Assembly (NCBI GenBank): GCA_036170915.1
Contig: JAVHQC010000029.1
Span: 160,001 to 224,000, forward strand
Length of the DNA: 64,000 bases
Source: Cyanobacteria bacterium auto_48_18
GTDB lineage: Bacteria; Cyanobacteriota; Vampirovibrionia; Obscuribacterales; Obscuribacteraceae
Direction: 5' to 3'
Within the stretch, counting starts at the first letter, position 1. Each line of letters opens with the position of its first letter. Positions 1 through 9,819 of this stretch are shown in pieces. A program made the translations under genes and the position numbers. The notes beneath the pieces were generated by a model that did not search any database, was not told where the DNA came from, and was given only the letters and a program-made list of their open reading frames with translations.

Positions 1-1606
1 CCAGAGCGATGATGGCTGGAGAACCAGGTTTGATGGCAGAAGGCTTAAGCCCCTTCTCAGTCTGTTTGAGTTGCTTGTGACGCGTGCGAATAGTTTCTAA
101 ACGTTTAGCGTAAAGCGGCAAATCGCCAGGCAAAGTCGGGCAAAGTGGATTCTTCAAATGCTCAAGCTCAGTCTCCCATGCCATTTTTTGAGTGTAAGCA
201 GGTTCAAGTTGTTGATTAATCAGAAACTGTCCAAAGCTGCGCTCAATCAAATCGCGGGCATCATCAATGGTGTGACGCTCAAGTAAATTTAGAACCATCC
301 CGTACGACGGCGTGAAACGACTAGAGAGCGGATCAGCTCCTGAAGTGGCTAACTTAGCCGCTTCATCAACGCTTTCAAATGGATTATGCAAGACCACTAC
401 GTGACCAACATCATCCATACCACGTCTGCCGGCGCGCCCTGACATTTGCAAAAATTCAGACGCTGTAAGCTGTCTATGACCTTCGTCTGAACGTTTATGA
501 ATAGAAGCAATCACAGTGGAGCGAGCTGGCATATTGATACCAGCGGCCAGCGTTTCTGTGGCGAAAACAACTTTGAGCAAGCCCTTCTGGAAAAGCTTTT
601 CAATCATGCCTTTCCAACTTGGTAGCATGCCGGCATGGTGCACAGACATACCTTCCATCAAGAATGGAATGTGAGGATGATTGGCTAAATTAGGATTGTC
701 TTTGGTAAATTCTAGTACCTGACGCTTCAATTCTTTCTGTTCATCAGCATGCAGCAAAGGTATACCGCGAGCCATCTTCATGGCTTCCTCGCAACCTCTG
801 CGCGAGAACAAGAAATAAATCGCCGGCAACATATTGCGAGCAGAAAGACTGCCGAGCACATCACCAGGGTGAGTGTAGAGACCTCCCATGGGTCTGCGCC
901 TTTTGTCAGATGAGCTGTGCTGTGGCTTTTTCTTGCCAAATCTTTGCTTGAGGAATGTATTGACGGCGCCACCTGGTGCTAGCAGCGGATAAATCTTGCG
1001 CTCACCAAAATAGTGGAATCGCAATGGCACCGGTCTGAAATCAGACACCACAAGCTCTGTTGGGCCGTGAGTTTCGTCAATCCAGGTGGTGAGTTCTCGA
1101 GCGTTAGCCACTGTAGCCGACAGGCCAACTAACTGAATATCTTTTGGCGCATAAATAATAGACTCTTCCCACACTGTGCCCCTGTCGGCATCATTCATGT
1201 AGTGACATTCATCTAAAACAACAAATGCAACATCGCGCAAGTTGCGGCTAACGTCACCAAGGATGGTGCCATAAAGCATGTTGCGAAAAACTTCAGTAGT
1301 CATCACAACTATGGGTGCATCTCTGTTTACAGAAAGGTCACCGGTAAGCAGACCAACTTTTTCTTCACCATACTTTTGTTTGAGATCGTAAAGCTTCTGG
1401 TTTGATAACGCCTTAAGAGGAGTGGTGTAATAGCAACGCTTGTTAGCCATGAGAGCCATCTCAACGGCGTATTCGGCTACTACTGTTTTACCGGATCCGG
1501 TGGGCGCGCATACGATTACGCTTTTGCCTTCTTCCAGATACTTCATTGCCTCAAGCTGAAAATCGTCAAGCTTAAAAGGAAATAGATGGGCTACGTCGAC
1601 TTGCAC
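1..1606 (-). CDS. helY: Ski2-like/HelY DEAD/DEAH-box RNA helicase (3' end runs off the window)
   Basis: Own translation from GTG 1606: FPFKLDDFQ, Walker A APTGSGKT, TPLKALSNQK, MTTEVFRNML, DECH, LSAT, ATETLAAGINMPA, QMSGRAGRRG. Missing from the supplied ORF track because it has no stop in the window. Confidence 0.92.
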   Translation of the reverse strand, partial: MQVDVAHLFPFKLDDFQLEAMKYLEEGKSVIVCAPTGSGKTVVAEYAVEMALMANKRCYYTTPLKALSNQKLYDLKQKYGEEKVGLLTGDLSVNRDAPIVVMTTEVFRNMLYGTILGDVSRNLRDVAFVVLDECHYMNDADRGTVWEESIIYAPKDIQLVGLSATVANARELTTWIDETHGPTELVVSDFRPVPLRFHYFGERKIYPLLAPGGAVNTFLKQRFGKKKPQHSSSDKRRRPMGGLYTHPGDVLGSLSARNMLPAIYFLFSRRGCEEAMKMARGIPLLHADEQKELKRQVLEFTKDNPNLANHPHIPFLMEGMSVHHAGMLPSWKGMIEKLFQKGLLKVVFATETLAAGINMPARSTVIASIHKRSDEGHRQLTASEFLQMSGRAGRRGMDDVGHVVVLHNPFESVDEAAKLATSGADPLSSRFTPSYGMVLNLLERHTIDDARDLIERSFGQFLINQQLEPAYTQKMAWETELEHLKNPLCPTLPGDLPLYAKRLETIRTRHKQLKQTEKGLKPSAIKPGSPAIIAL

Positions 1607-1769
1607 TAGGGGAAGAGTGACTCCAATTGTTAACTGCGGTTGTATAAGTATGGATTTTAGCAGTCTCCGCTTGTTAAAACCGCTAAAACCGACCAGTAAT
1701 CTACTTTGAAATAGGATAATTGCTCGAAAAGCATGCGCTATAATTGTCTTTCAACGCTTTAGTGGTCAC

Positions 1770-1844
1770 CGGGACGTAGCGCAGGGGTAGCGCGCACCTT
1801 TGGGGTGGGTGAGGCCGGAGGTTCGATTCCTCTCGTCCCGACCA
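1770..1844 (+). tRNA. tRNA-Pro(GGG), CCA encoded
   Basis: Acceptor stem CGGGACG/CGTCCCG, D arm GCGC..GCGC, anticodon arm CACCT-TTGGGGT-GGGTG, T arm GGAGG-TTCGATT-CCTCT, 3' ACCA. Confidence 0.96.
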
Positions 1845-1873
1845 ATTAAAATGGCTGATAGACGGCTTTGAAT

Positions 1874-2326
1874 ATGACCGAATGCGTACTGGTTGACATC
1901 GACGGAACGCTTGCCGACTGCGAGCACCGAAGGCACTTCGTTCAAGATGGTAAGCGCGATTGGAAATCTTTCTTATCGCCGGAGATGGCTGCCTTAGATA
2001 CTTTGAATGAACCGGTGGCCAAGGTGGTCAAAGCTATGGCTCTGGCCGGATACTCGATTATTTATGTTTCGGCCCGGCCCATAAGCTTGAAAAGCGTGAC
2101 CAAGAAGTGGCTGCAGAAGTACGATCTCTGGTTCGAGCCAAAGCTTCTATATATGCGGCAAGACAAAGACAGCCGCGCCGATACTATCGTCAAGCGCGAG
2201 CTTTTAAAGGAAATTCGCAACCTGGGTTATCAACCAGTTCTTTCACTGGACGACCGCAACTCTGTAGTCGCTATGTGGCGTGATGAAGGAATTACTTGTT
2301 TGCAAGTGGCCGAAGGGGATTTTTAG
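1874..2326 (+). CDS. HAD phosphatase resembling the T4 polynucleotide kinase 3'-phosphatase domain
   Basis: DIDGTL motif I, VSAR motif II, MR..D.R.D..VK, DDR..VV.MWR..GI.CLQV..GDF. There is no kinase domain. Confidence 0.8.
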   Translation: MTECVLVDIDGTLADCEHRRHFVQDGKRDWKSFLSPEMAALDTLNEPVAKVVKAMALAGYSIIYVSARPISLKSVTKKWLQKYDLWFEPKLLYMRQDKDSRADTIVKRELLKEIRNLGYQPVLSLDDRNSVVAMWRDEGITCLQVAEGDF

Positions 2327-2328
2327 AG

Positions 2329-2847
2329 ATGGGCTACAGTGTTTCCTGGATAGCAGTCAAAGGCATATCGGAAGGAGAAATACTTGACTCCATAGGCTAT
2401 AAAAAAACCGGAAAATTCGATGCGAATCCGGCGGAGTCGGACTTAGCCATACACGATATGAAAAACGGTTGGCAACTTTTAATTGCTAATCATAACGATC
2501 TAATGGAGGCCGAACCTTCGTGGTTTTCCAGGCTTTCAGGCGAAGCAGTGCTAATTTCATGCTTTTTGGAAGAGCATGTGGGATATTGCGCAGCTAGTGG
2601 CTGGAGCGGTGGAAAACGAGACTGGTTTGTCGAACGCTATGAAGACCGGCAACCTGGATTGAAAATCGAGGGAATAATGCCGGATAGTTTTGAAGAGCTC
2701 TATCAAGATTTACTAACAAAACAAAAGGCCGATCCAAGGTCTGATTACCTTCTTGAGGCACCGCTGGAGATAAGTCGCAGGCTGACTGGCTTCGATGTCC
2801 ATGAATTTATCGAGCATGACATCTATTGGGTGCTTGAAGAGCGGTAG
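2329..2847 (+). CDS. hypothetical protein
   Basis: ATG 2329 (MGYSVSWIAVKG) lies 2 nt after the previous stop; protein-like composition. Confidence 0.7.
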   Translation: MGYSVSWIAVKGISEGEILDSIGYKKTGKFDANPAESDLAIHDMKNGWQLLIANHNDLMEAEPSWFSRLSGEAVLISCFLEEHVGYCAASGWSGGKRDWFVERYEDRQPGLKIEGIMPDSFEELYQDLLTKQKADPRSDYLLEAPLEISRRLTGFDVHEFIEHDIYWVLEER

Positions 2848-2888
2848 AGGTCCTATATTGCACCGCATTTAGTGCACAGAGGATTGAC

Positions 2889-3866
2889 TTGGACAAACCG
2901 GAAACTAACTTGGATAGTGACTATCTAAAACAAGGACGCAACTTGACTCCGGCAGAAGCGGCAGAGCTTGAAAATGCTCTGATGCAGAGCAACCATGATG
3001 TAAAGGCGCGACTACAACTGATTGGCTTTTACCGTGGTAAGGGAGAAGAAGAATCTGTGCTTCGAATGAGGCATGTTATCTGGATGATCGATCACTATCC
3101 TGCGGATGAAATTTGGCGTCAAGATCTTTATATGCATCCGGGAAATTTTTCTGGCAGTAAATTGTTCGACTCTGCAAAAGAGCACTGGAACGAGCAGTTA
3201 GTAAAATTTCCAAACAATGCCGACGTTTTTGGTAATGCGGGCTTATTCCAAGTTGAGAGCGACTTCGATGCAGGGACGCGCTTATTGTTATATGCCGTTC
3301 AAATTGACACGGACGACTATAGCGGCAGTTACTGGCCGCAACGACTGTGTCATTTCTTCTTTGATCGCGCACTAGAAACAACGGGAGATGCTAAATCAGA
3401 GCTAGCCAGTGATGCCCTAAGAATTGGAGAAACATTTCTTCGACGACTAGGTACTGAGGGCATGCTGTGGAGGACAGGTATACGACTCTTCGGGCTTGAG
3501 GCATGCGCACTATGTGCGATGTGGACAAATGATGATCTGAAAATTCAGAAATATGTAATCGAGTTGCGCGCGCTTTTGGCGAGTTGGGATTTCACACCTC
3601 GGTCGTCTCAGTTAATTCTGGGACTGCTCTCGCTTCGAGAAGGTGAAATAGAAAAAGCCGCTGAGTACTTGCTTAGCTCTGAATCGCCTGGCATAGATAC
3701 TCTAGAGCTTGAACTGGCAAACAAATTGATAGAAGCTGGGCAGACTAAAGCGGTCCTAGACTATTTGCTTTCGTGTCAACAAAATGATGCATCCAGTGAC
3801 CTAAATTCTTGGATTCTATGCTTAGAGTCGGGAGCTAAAGTTGCACTTCAGAGAGCGTCAAATTAG
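2889..3866 (+). CDS. hypothetical alpha-helical (TPR-like) protein
   Basis: 325-aa ORF with GAGG upstream and helical repeat-like segments (LILGLLSLREGEIEKAAEYL). Confidence 0.65.
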   Translation: MDKPETNLDSDYLKQGRNLTPAEAAELENALMQSNHDVKARLQLIGFYRGKGEEESVLRMRHVIWMIDHYPADEIWRQDLYMHPGNFSGSKLFDSAKEHWNEQLVKFPNNADVFGNAGLFQVESDFDAGTRLLLYAVQIDTDDYSGSYWPQRLCHFFFDRALETTGDAKSELASDALRIGETFLRRLGTEGMLWRTGIRLFGLEACALCAMWTNDDLKIQKYVIELRALLASWDFTPRSSQLILGLLSLREGEIEKAAEYLLSSESPGIDTLELELANKLIEAGQTKAVLDYLLSCQQNDASSDLNSWILCLESGAKVALQRASN

Positions 3867-3868
3867 CC

Positions 3869-4276
3869 ATGGACGAATTTAGAATACGCATAGATCCACC
3901 GAACGAGTCACAGGGTGATTTGGTGGTAAACATACTGATCAATGGACGGCCAGAACCCTTGATCACACATAGCCTAGATATTGATTCGTTTTTCTCCGCG
4001 ATAGGTCTACCCGAATCGGTAGTCAACTTCGTCTTTTGTGGTGTAGCAGAGTGCTGCGGAGAGAGCCTCCCGTCCATCTCAACCTCACAATTTTGGCAAT
4101 GGGATGATTTCCATTTAGACTGGGCTGAAATTTACATGGCGGCAACTCAGATTGTTGAGGAGATTGAACGGTTACCAGAGAACCGATGGACCTATGAGCA
4201 ATTGCATCCACGCCTACCGTTTTATCGAGAAAAGTTGAAAGAATTAGAAACGCTCGCAGCAGGTGCAATACGATAA
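3869..4276 (+). CDS. hypothetical protein with CGxxECCG motif, paralog 1
   Basis: Aligns along its length with 4335-4748. Confidence 0.75.
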   Translation: MDEFRIRIDPPNESQGDLVVNILINGRPEPLITHSLDIDSFFSAIGLPESVVNFVFCGVAECCGESLPSISTSQFWQWDDFHLDWAEIYMAATQIVEEIERLPENRWTYEQLHPRLPFYREKLKELETLAAGAIR

Positions 4277-4334
4277 TTTCTTCACACCACATGCGGTGCA
4301 AAAGCAGCTAGAACACCAAGAATAAAGTAGTTCA

Positions 4335-4748
4335 ATGGACGAATTTGAGATACGCATAGATCCACCCGGGGACGGTCTGCAAGGTGACTTGGTCATCACA
4401 GTCTTGATCAACGGTCTTATAGTTACTGATGACGATTACTGCTTAGATGTTGATTCATTTTTTGAAGCCATCGGTGCGCCTGAATCGACTGTCAAATTTG
4501 TTGGCGGCTGCGGTGTGCCGGAATGCTGCGGAACCGGCTACAAAACTTTTTCGTATCAACACAGCTGGCAATGGGACAAATTCCATCTAGACTGGTCTGC
4601 CGTTTATATGGCCACCCAAGTCATTATTGCTGAAGTAGAACGGCTGACCGAAAGAAGTTACACGTACAAGCAGCTTCATCCGCGGTTGCCATTTTATTGT
4701 CAAAAGCTTGCAGAGTTAGAGATCATAGCAACACGTTCCAGCACATGA
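4335..4748 (+). CDS. hypothetical protein with CGxxECCG motif, paralog 2
   Basis: Shares MDEF.IRIDPP, LDxDSFF.AIG.PES, WQWD.FHLDW and QLHPRLPFY with 3869-4276. Confidence 0.75.
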   Translation: MDEFEIRIDPPGDGLQGDLVITVLINGLIVTDDDYCLDVDSFFEAIGAPESTVKFVGGCGVPECCGTGYKTFSYQHSWQWDKFHLDWSAVYMATQVIIAEVERLTERSYTYKQLHPRLPFYCQKLAELEIIATRSST

Positions 4749-4760
4749 GTAAAGGTCTAA

Positions 4761-5249
4761 CTAAGGACGCAAGCGCTTATCTAATTTTGAAAAGATGATA
4801 CTGACGCTGTTTGCCTCTGTGATTTCCTTACCATATGGATCAATATTGATCCCGTGGCCTATCGTGTCGTAATTGCGACCGTGTTCCCAGGGCTTGGAGC
4901 GAAAAGCAACTAGCCAGCCTTGAACTTCACGTGGCCTTAAAAAACCAATGGCCTTAGGCTCCAAACAATCATAGACAAAATAATTCTCACCCAACGGCAC
5001 TGGGCCTGGCAAAAACGTATTACGGATTTCTTCCCAGCTGTGAAATCTTGGCAAAGCGTCGGTATAGCCCTTTTCGTCTATATAAGCCTCTGCAATTTGA
5101 ACGGCCTGCTGCTCAGTAATCAATTCATTTCCTGTTGCTAGACGCGAAGCCAATCCAACTTTAGACCAGCAAAAACCGACAGTTACTAGCAATAACATCG
5201 AAGTAAAAATAAGCGCTACACGCGGCCAAGATGGCCAGTTACGATTCAT
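4761..5249 (-). CDS. hypothetical membrane-anchored protein
   Basis: Likely start ATG 5249, followed by one hydrophobic segment (VALIFTSMLLLVTVGF) and a soluble domain. Start uncertain. Confidence 0.6.
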   Translation of the reverse strand: MNRNWPSWPRVALIFTSMLLLVTVGFCWSKVGLASRLATGNELITEQQAVQIAEAYIDEKGYTDALPRFHSWEEIRNTFLPGPVPLGENYFVYDCLEPKAIGFLRPREVQGWLVAFRSKPWEHGRNYDTIGHGINIDPYGKEITEANSVSIIFSKLDKRLRP

Positions 5250-5475
5250 ATAAAACGCACTTCCAGAAGATAAATCGGCCAAGGTGTTTATCCATGATAG
5301 CTCACCATCGAAAGCAGTGCCTGGCAACCAGGACGCATCACCTCCAGAGATCCCAACTGGACCAACCCGACTCACAAAAATGACACCGCATTCAGTGCCT
5401 CTACAGCTAGATCAACTACTGGGAACTTTAGCCGCAAAATCCCATCGTCCAGGTAACCATTTCAGGAGCATCTTT

Positions 5476-5769
5476 ATGAACCGCAAAGACAATCATCAAG
5501 CCACAGACAATGGTCGCAATCGCGGCGACTACAAAACTGAAAAAGAAACTGAAGACGAGCTTAGAGCAAAGGGCACTCGCGCAAATAGCGGCGATGGCCA
5601 AGACGATGAGCAAGACGACGAACTAGATATCCAGTCAGATGATGGTCCAGCTGGAAACAACGAACGTGGTAACCAGAAGGGTTACGGCAAAAATCAAGGC
5701 AAACAGCCAGCCGACCGAGGCACCGGCCACGGGCCACAGGGTGTGCAACATGGCAGAGTACAGCCTTAA
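5476..5769 (+). CDS. small disordered hydrophilin-like protein (97 aa)
   Basis: AGGAG 7 nt before ATG 5476. Rich in G/D/E/N/Q/K/R with few hydrophobic residues. The antisense frame is broken by stops. Confidence 0.6.
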   Translation: MNRKDNHQATDNGRNRGDYKTEKETEDELRAKGTRANSGDGQDDEQDDELDIQSDDGPAGNNERGNQKGYGKNQGKQPADRGTGHGPQGVQHGRVQP

Positions 5770-5791
5770 AGCGCGACGCTAGCGAGTCTAA

Positions 5792-6232
5792 CTAGCGAAC
5801 TCTCGTATACCGACGTCTTTGCGGCAACTGGCGCCCACGATTTGGACATTCGATGTCGTGACCGGAAAAGTAATATTTCCCGGTATTGCGCACAGGGACA
5901 GGCACAATATCTACATGTGGTCGCTCGCTGAGCGGCCCAGTTTGATTGCTTTGAGCGCCTAAAATGTTTTGTCTGAACTGAGTGCGAGTGATGGGTTCCG
6001 CTACCGGCACTTCAATCAAAGGTGCCACAGGGGCAACCACTTCCACAGCAGGCTTAGTTACTTCACTCGTGCCCATTTCGACGCGACTGTAGATATCCAA
6101 ATCGATGGATGGAATGACATTGAAGATCGGATTGAGATGCACAAACTCGCGAATCTTGATTTTCAAGATCGCCTTGAGGTGGTCCTCAAGTTTGTCTAAA
6201 GCGATTGGTAATTCGTCTGGTAAGAAGGACAT
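5792..6232 (-). CDS. hypothetical protein
   Basis: ATG 6232 with GAGGT upstream; 146-aa ORF. Confidence 0.6.
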   Translation of the reverse strand: MSFLPDELPIALDKLEDHLKAILKIKIREFVHLNPIFNVIPSIDLDIYSRVEMGTSEVTKPAVEVVAPVAPLIEVPVAEPITRTQFRQNILGAQSNQTGPLSERPHVDIVPVPVRNTGKYYFSGHDIECPNRGRQLPQRRRYTRVR

Positions 6233-6392
6233 GAGGAAAGACCTCATAAGGCATTGGTAATAGCAGTAAATCGCAGCGTAAGCCACAAGTGGAGAATGTT
6301 AGCAGAGATTAACCGATTGTCAACAAGCTTGCTGCCAAAAAGATACGATTTAATCAAATTGGCTCAGAAAGCTGCTTAAGGCCGAGGTCGAA

Positions 6393-7301
6393 TCAGCGAT
6401 GTTCACTGGTGATTATCTCTTTGAGCCGCTTCAAACCGGTGTGAACCGCCCTGGATACACCCATTTCAGATAGACCCAATACATATGCTGTCTCTTTTTG
6501 AGAAAGGTCATAGAAGAAAACAAACTCAACAATTTGTCTTGTTCTGTCACCAAGTCTTTTAAGCGCTTGTGTGATCACTTCGCGATCTTCAGAAGCAACG
6601 AAATGATCCTGGCAGCGTCTGTCAGGCACCACATCACAAAGGGCGCGGCGATCATCTCTATCTTCTTCATCAGGACCTGAATCGAGAGATTCATAGTGAA
6701 TGCGCGCTTCCCACGATTGCTGCGCTTCCAAAATGTCCTCTACCGAAAATCCCGAATGCTGCGCCAGTTCAGCCACTGTAGGCCCGCGATCGAGAAGCTT
6801 AGTCAATTTTTCTTCTAGCTGACTGAGCTGTGAATTCATTTCTGTCAGGCGCCTGGGCACTTGTACTAATGAACAATGATCCCGCAGGTAATGCCTGATT
6901 TCTCCCCTGATATAACAAGTGGCCAAAGTGCGAAAACTGGCTGAGCGTGTGCGATGCGGGTCGTAGTATTTAATTGCTTTGAGCAAACCTATGGCGCCGA
7001 CCTGTACCAGGTCGTCGAAGCTGTCAGCTTGATACTGACTATATTTGCGGGCGATTTGCTTCACCAGCGTCATATGTGTGCGCACAAGCTCTTCAGCCTT
7101 AGGCAATCCGTTTGGCCCTGAGCCTTCCGCGAAGGCGACCACCGGTTTCATGCCCGAACGCGATATGCGTGGGCTTGCCTGCACCTGCACTTGCTCAGAT
7201 TCACCGATGCTTTCGCAATCTAATGCGACAGTACCGGCGAATGCATTGCATCCGCTCAACAAAACTTCACTGCTGCTGGGCAACTTATTTATCAAGGTCA
7301 A
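6393..7301 (-). CDS. SigB/SigF/FliA-type group 3 sigma factor
   Basis: DLVQVGAIGLLKAI, F.TLA..YIRGEIRHYLRD, PTVAELA, region 4 DLSQKETA..LGLSEMGVSR. The true start may be downstream. Confidence 0.92.
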   Translation of the reverse strand: MTLINKLPSSSEVLLSGCNAFAGTVALDCESIGESEQVQVQASPRISRSGMKPVVAFAEGSGPNGLPKAEELVRTHMTLVKQIARKYSQYQADSFDDLVQVGAIGLLKAIKYYDPHRTRSASFRTLATCYIRGEIRHYLRDHCSLVQVPRRLTEMNSQLSQLEEKLTKLLDRGPTVAELAQHSGFSVEDILEAQQSWEARIHYESLDSGPDEEDRDDRRALCDVVPDRRCQDHFVASEDREVITQALKRLGDRTRQIVEFVFFYDLSQKETAYVLGLSEMGVSRAVHTGLKRLKEIITSEHR

Positions 7302-7532
7302 CTCTCCCGCAATTTTTAACCAATTACGATTGACCCTGTGCCCTCACTCCTAGCCCGTTCTTCTTATAGCCCCACAGTTTTTGTTCCCCTGACAACCCTG
7401 GGTTAAACCGTGGAATAAACACGGCAGGCATCAAAATCACCAGGTCACTAAGAGGCGCAAGTGGCGCATCACTAGCTAAATTGGCGCTTTTGGCTACAAT
7501 TGCACTAGCAATGAGCAAGATAAATTCTCAAT

Positions 7533-9599
7533 ATGAATAAGGCCACCAAATCAATTACTCGACTCAGACTGCTCTGGGCAAAAGTGCCGGCTCAAAAGCA
7601 GCTGCTCGTTTTGGGTTTAGTTTGCATTGCCGCCTTAGTGACATTCACGGCCAGGTTCTGGTTGCAGCGGGCTCAAGAATCAATCAACGATTCTGTCGAA
7701 CAATTTGGTATGGGATTTGCTCAAGCTCTGGCTCGAGGCGGAGCTGAAGCGCTGACCAACTCGGGCAATTTAGAGAGTTTGCGTTATTACATTTTGACCC
7801 AGCGCGGCAAAATCAAAGCAATCGCATACGTCATATATGAAGATATGGCCGGCAATATTTTGCTTGATCCAAACTCGGCAAAAGATCTGAAAGACGTTTA
7901 TCCATATTACAAACTCTACAAAGAGAATCCAGAAAACTTTATTGTGCCGGGCCAAAAGGTTAGCCCCAAGGGCTATCGCGCCATCACTCACTTTGTTGTG
8001 CCCATGCGCAAAAACAACAAAGATCTGGGCCTTTGCTGGGTCGGCTTAGACAGTGAAGTATTTACGATTTTAGGCACACAACAAGAAACTACAAATTTCT
8101 TGATCAATATTTTCTGCCTTGTAGGTGCACTTGGTGCCCTTGGTGTATGGGCCAACTATGCCTTGATAAACGGCCCACTACGTACGCTATCGCAGGGTGC
8201 AAGCCAGATTGCCGCTGGACACTTTGGTCACTTAATTAAAGTGCAACGCGCCGGAAAAGAGATTGACCAGCTGGTCAACGCTTTTAATTACATGTCAAAT
8301 CGTTTGCAACTTTATGACAAACAAAATGTAGATAGCTTGATGGCTGAGCGCAACAAGTTCATTTCAGAACGCAACAAGTTAGAACTGGTGCTCATGTCTA
8401 TTGCCGACGGTGTCGTGGTTTGCGACCGCGACAACAAAGTGCAAATCGTTAACCGGGCCGCCACTGAAATTTTTGACAAAGACGCAACTGATCTGGTTGG
8501 TAAACCACTGGTGGTTTGCACGGAAGGCCCTGATCAACCACAAATCTGCCAGGTGGTGCAAGCCTTTACTGATACTGCCATCGCCCCTGGTGCCTTAGAA
8601 CCAATCGTTGAACAGATCAATTTAGGCGAACTGACAGTGCGTCTGCACATTGCTCCGATTATTCTCAACAAAGAATTTTTGGGCTCAGTAATGATTATGC
8701 AAGACAATACCAAGCAAGCCGAACTCGAAAAAATGAAAAACGAATTCATGAGCAATGTCAGCCATGAATTGCGCACACCAATTACTTCTATTAAAAGTTA
8801 TGTTGACACTCTTTGTAATCACGGCGAAAAACTTGAGCCCGAAATTCACCGCGAGTTTCTCGAGATTATCGACAAAGAAGCAGATCGTTTGATGCACCTG
8901 GTGAACGACGTTCTCGAGTTATCCAAATTTGAAGAAGCAGAGCGTGACATGGAAATGGTGCCCATGGATATTCATCGCGCCTGCGAATCTGCCATTCGCT
9001 CACTGAACCTCATGGCGCGCGAACGCGGCATTGAGCTTGAATTGCAGCCCTATGCAAATATTCCCCTCGCCATTATTAATCAAGAATCGATTGAGAGAGT
9101 AATCATCAATTTACTCACCAATGGCATCAAGTACACGCCCGAAGGCGGAAAAGTGGCCATTATCTTAGGCGTCACTGATACTGAAATTGCCGTACATATT
9201 AAAGACTCAGGCATTGGCATACCAGAAGACGCACTGGAGCATATATTCGACCGCTTCTATCGCGTAGAGAAGAAGGTCCACACCATTAAGGGCACTGGAC
9301 TTGGCCTCACCATCGTCACTAAGATTTTAGAGAAGCACGAAGGTCGCATTACAGTAAGTTCATCTTTGGGCGAAGGCTCAACTTTCAGTTTCTTCATTCC
9401 CTTTTATATTGATCCGGCCTTGAAACTTTCGTCGCGTCAAACCGATAGCGGCAGCGATATACCTGATCTTGCCGACGTCACAGCTGCTTCTGAACGCAAT
9501 TCTGAGCGCAACGGCGATGCCAATGGGTCAGGGAAAAAGTCTAATAATGGCAAAACGGCCGAAATCGAGAACCAGTCATCAACCGAAGCGCTCAGCTAA
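7533..9599 (+). CDS. nblS: NblS/Hik33-like HAMP-PAS sensor histidine kinase
   Basis: Two TM segments, HAMP, PAS (SIADGVVV), SNVSHELRTP, and FDRFYRVEKKVHTIKGTGLGL resembling the Hik33/Ycf26 G2 region. Confidence 0.82.
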   Translation: MNKATKSITRLRLLWAKVPAQKQLLVLGLVCIAALVTFTARFWLQRAQESINDSVEQFGMGFAQALARGGAEALTNSGNLESLRYYILTQRGKIKAIAYVIYEDMAGNILLDPNSAKDLKDVYPYYKLYKENPENFIVPGQKVSPKGYRAITHFVVPMRKNNKDLGLCWVGLDSEVFTILGTQQETTNFLINIFCLVGALGALGVWANYALINGPLRTLSQGASQIAAGHFGHLIKVQRAGKEIDQLVNAFNYMSNRLQLYDKQNVDSLMAERNKFISERNKLELVLMSIADGVVVCDRDNKVQIVNRAATEIFDKDATDLVGKPLVVCTEGPDQPQICQVVQAFTDTAIAPGALEPIVEQINLGELTVRLHIAPIILNKEFLGSVMIMQDNTKQAELEKMKNEFMSNVSHELRTPITSIKSYVDTLCNHGEKLEPEIHREFLEIIDKEADRLMHLVNDVLELSKFEEAERDMEMVPMDIHRACESAIRSLNLMARERGIELELQPYANIPLAIINQESIERVIINLLTNGIKYTPEGGKVAIILGVTDTEIAVHIKDSGIGIPEDALEHIFDRFYRVEKKVHTIKGTGLGLTIVTKILEKHEGRITVSSSLGEGSTFSFFIPFYIDPALKLSSRQTDSGSDIPDLADVTAASERNSERNGDANGSGKKSNNGKTAEIENQSSTEALS

Positions 9600-9819
9600 T
9601 CAAAAGAATTTTGGTATCGGCAGCCGGTATAGTTGTTACATATACCCCATAAATACAACAGGCCGTACAGTGGCTACCAGTGGTAGATCCACTGAACATT
9701 AGCAACTTATCCATTTACACAGTGGGTTTTCAAGGATGGTCGTGTTATTATCGTTCCGTTGACAAGGTCTCTATGGACTGGCGTCCGCGGGGCATCTATG
9801 AAAGGAGGATTGAGCAGTT

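Noticed and set aside
5428..5751. Minus-strand membrane protein or pseudogene
   Set aside because: The hydrophobic reading is the antisense shadow of the hydrophilic plus-strand ORF and contains TGA/TAG stops.
1770..6300. Integrative element or prophage at tRNA-Pro
   Set aside because: No integrase, no phage structural genes and no duplicated tRNA 3' end seen in the window.
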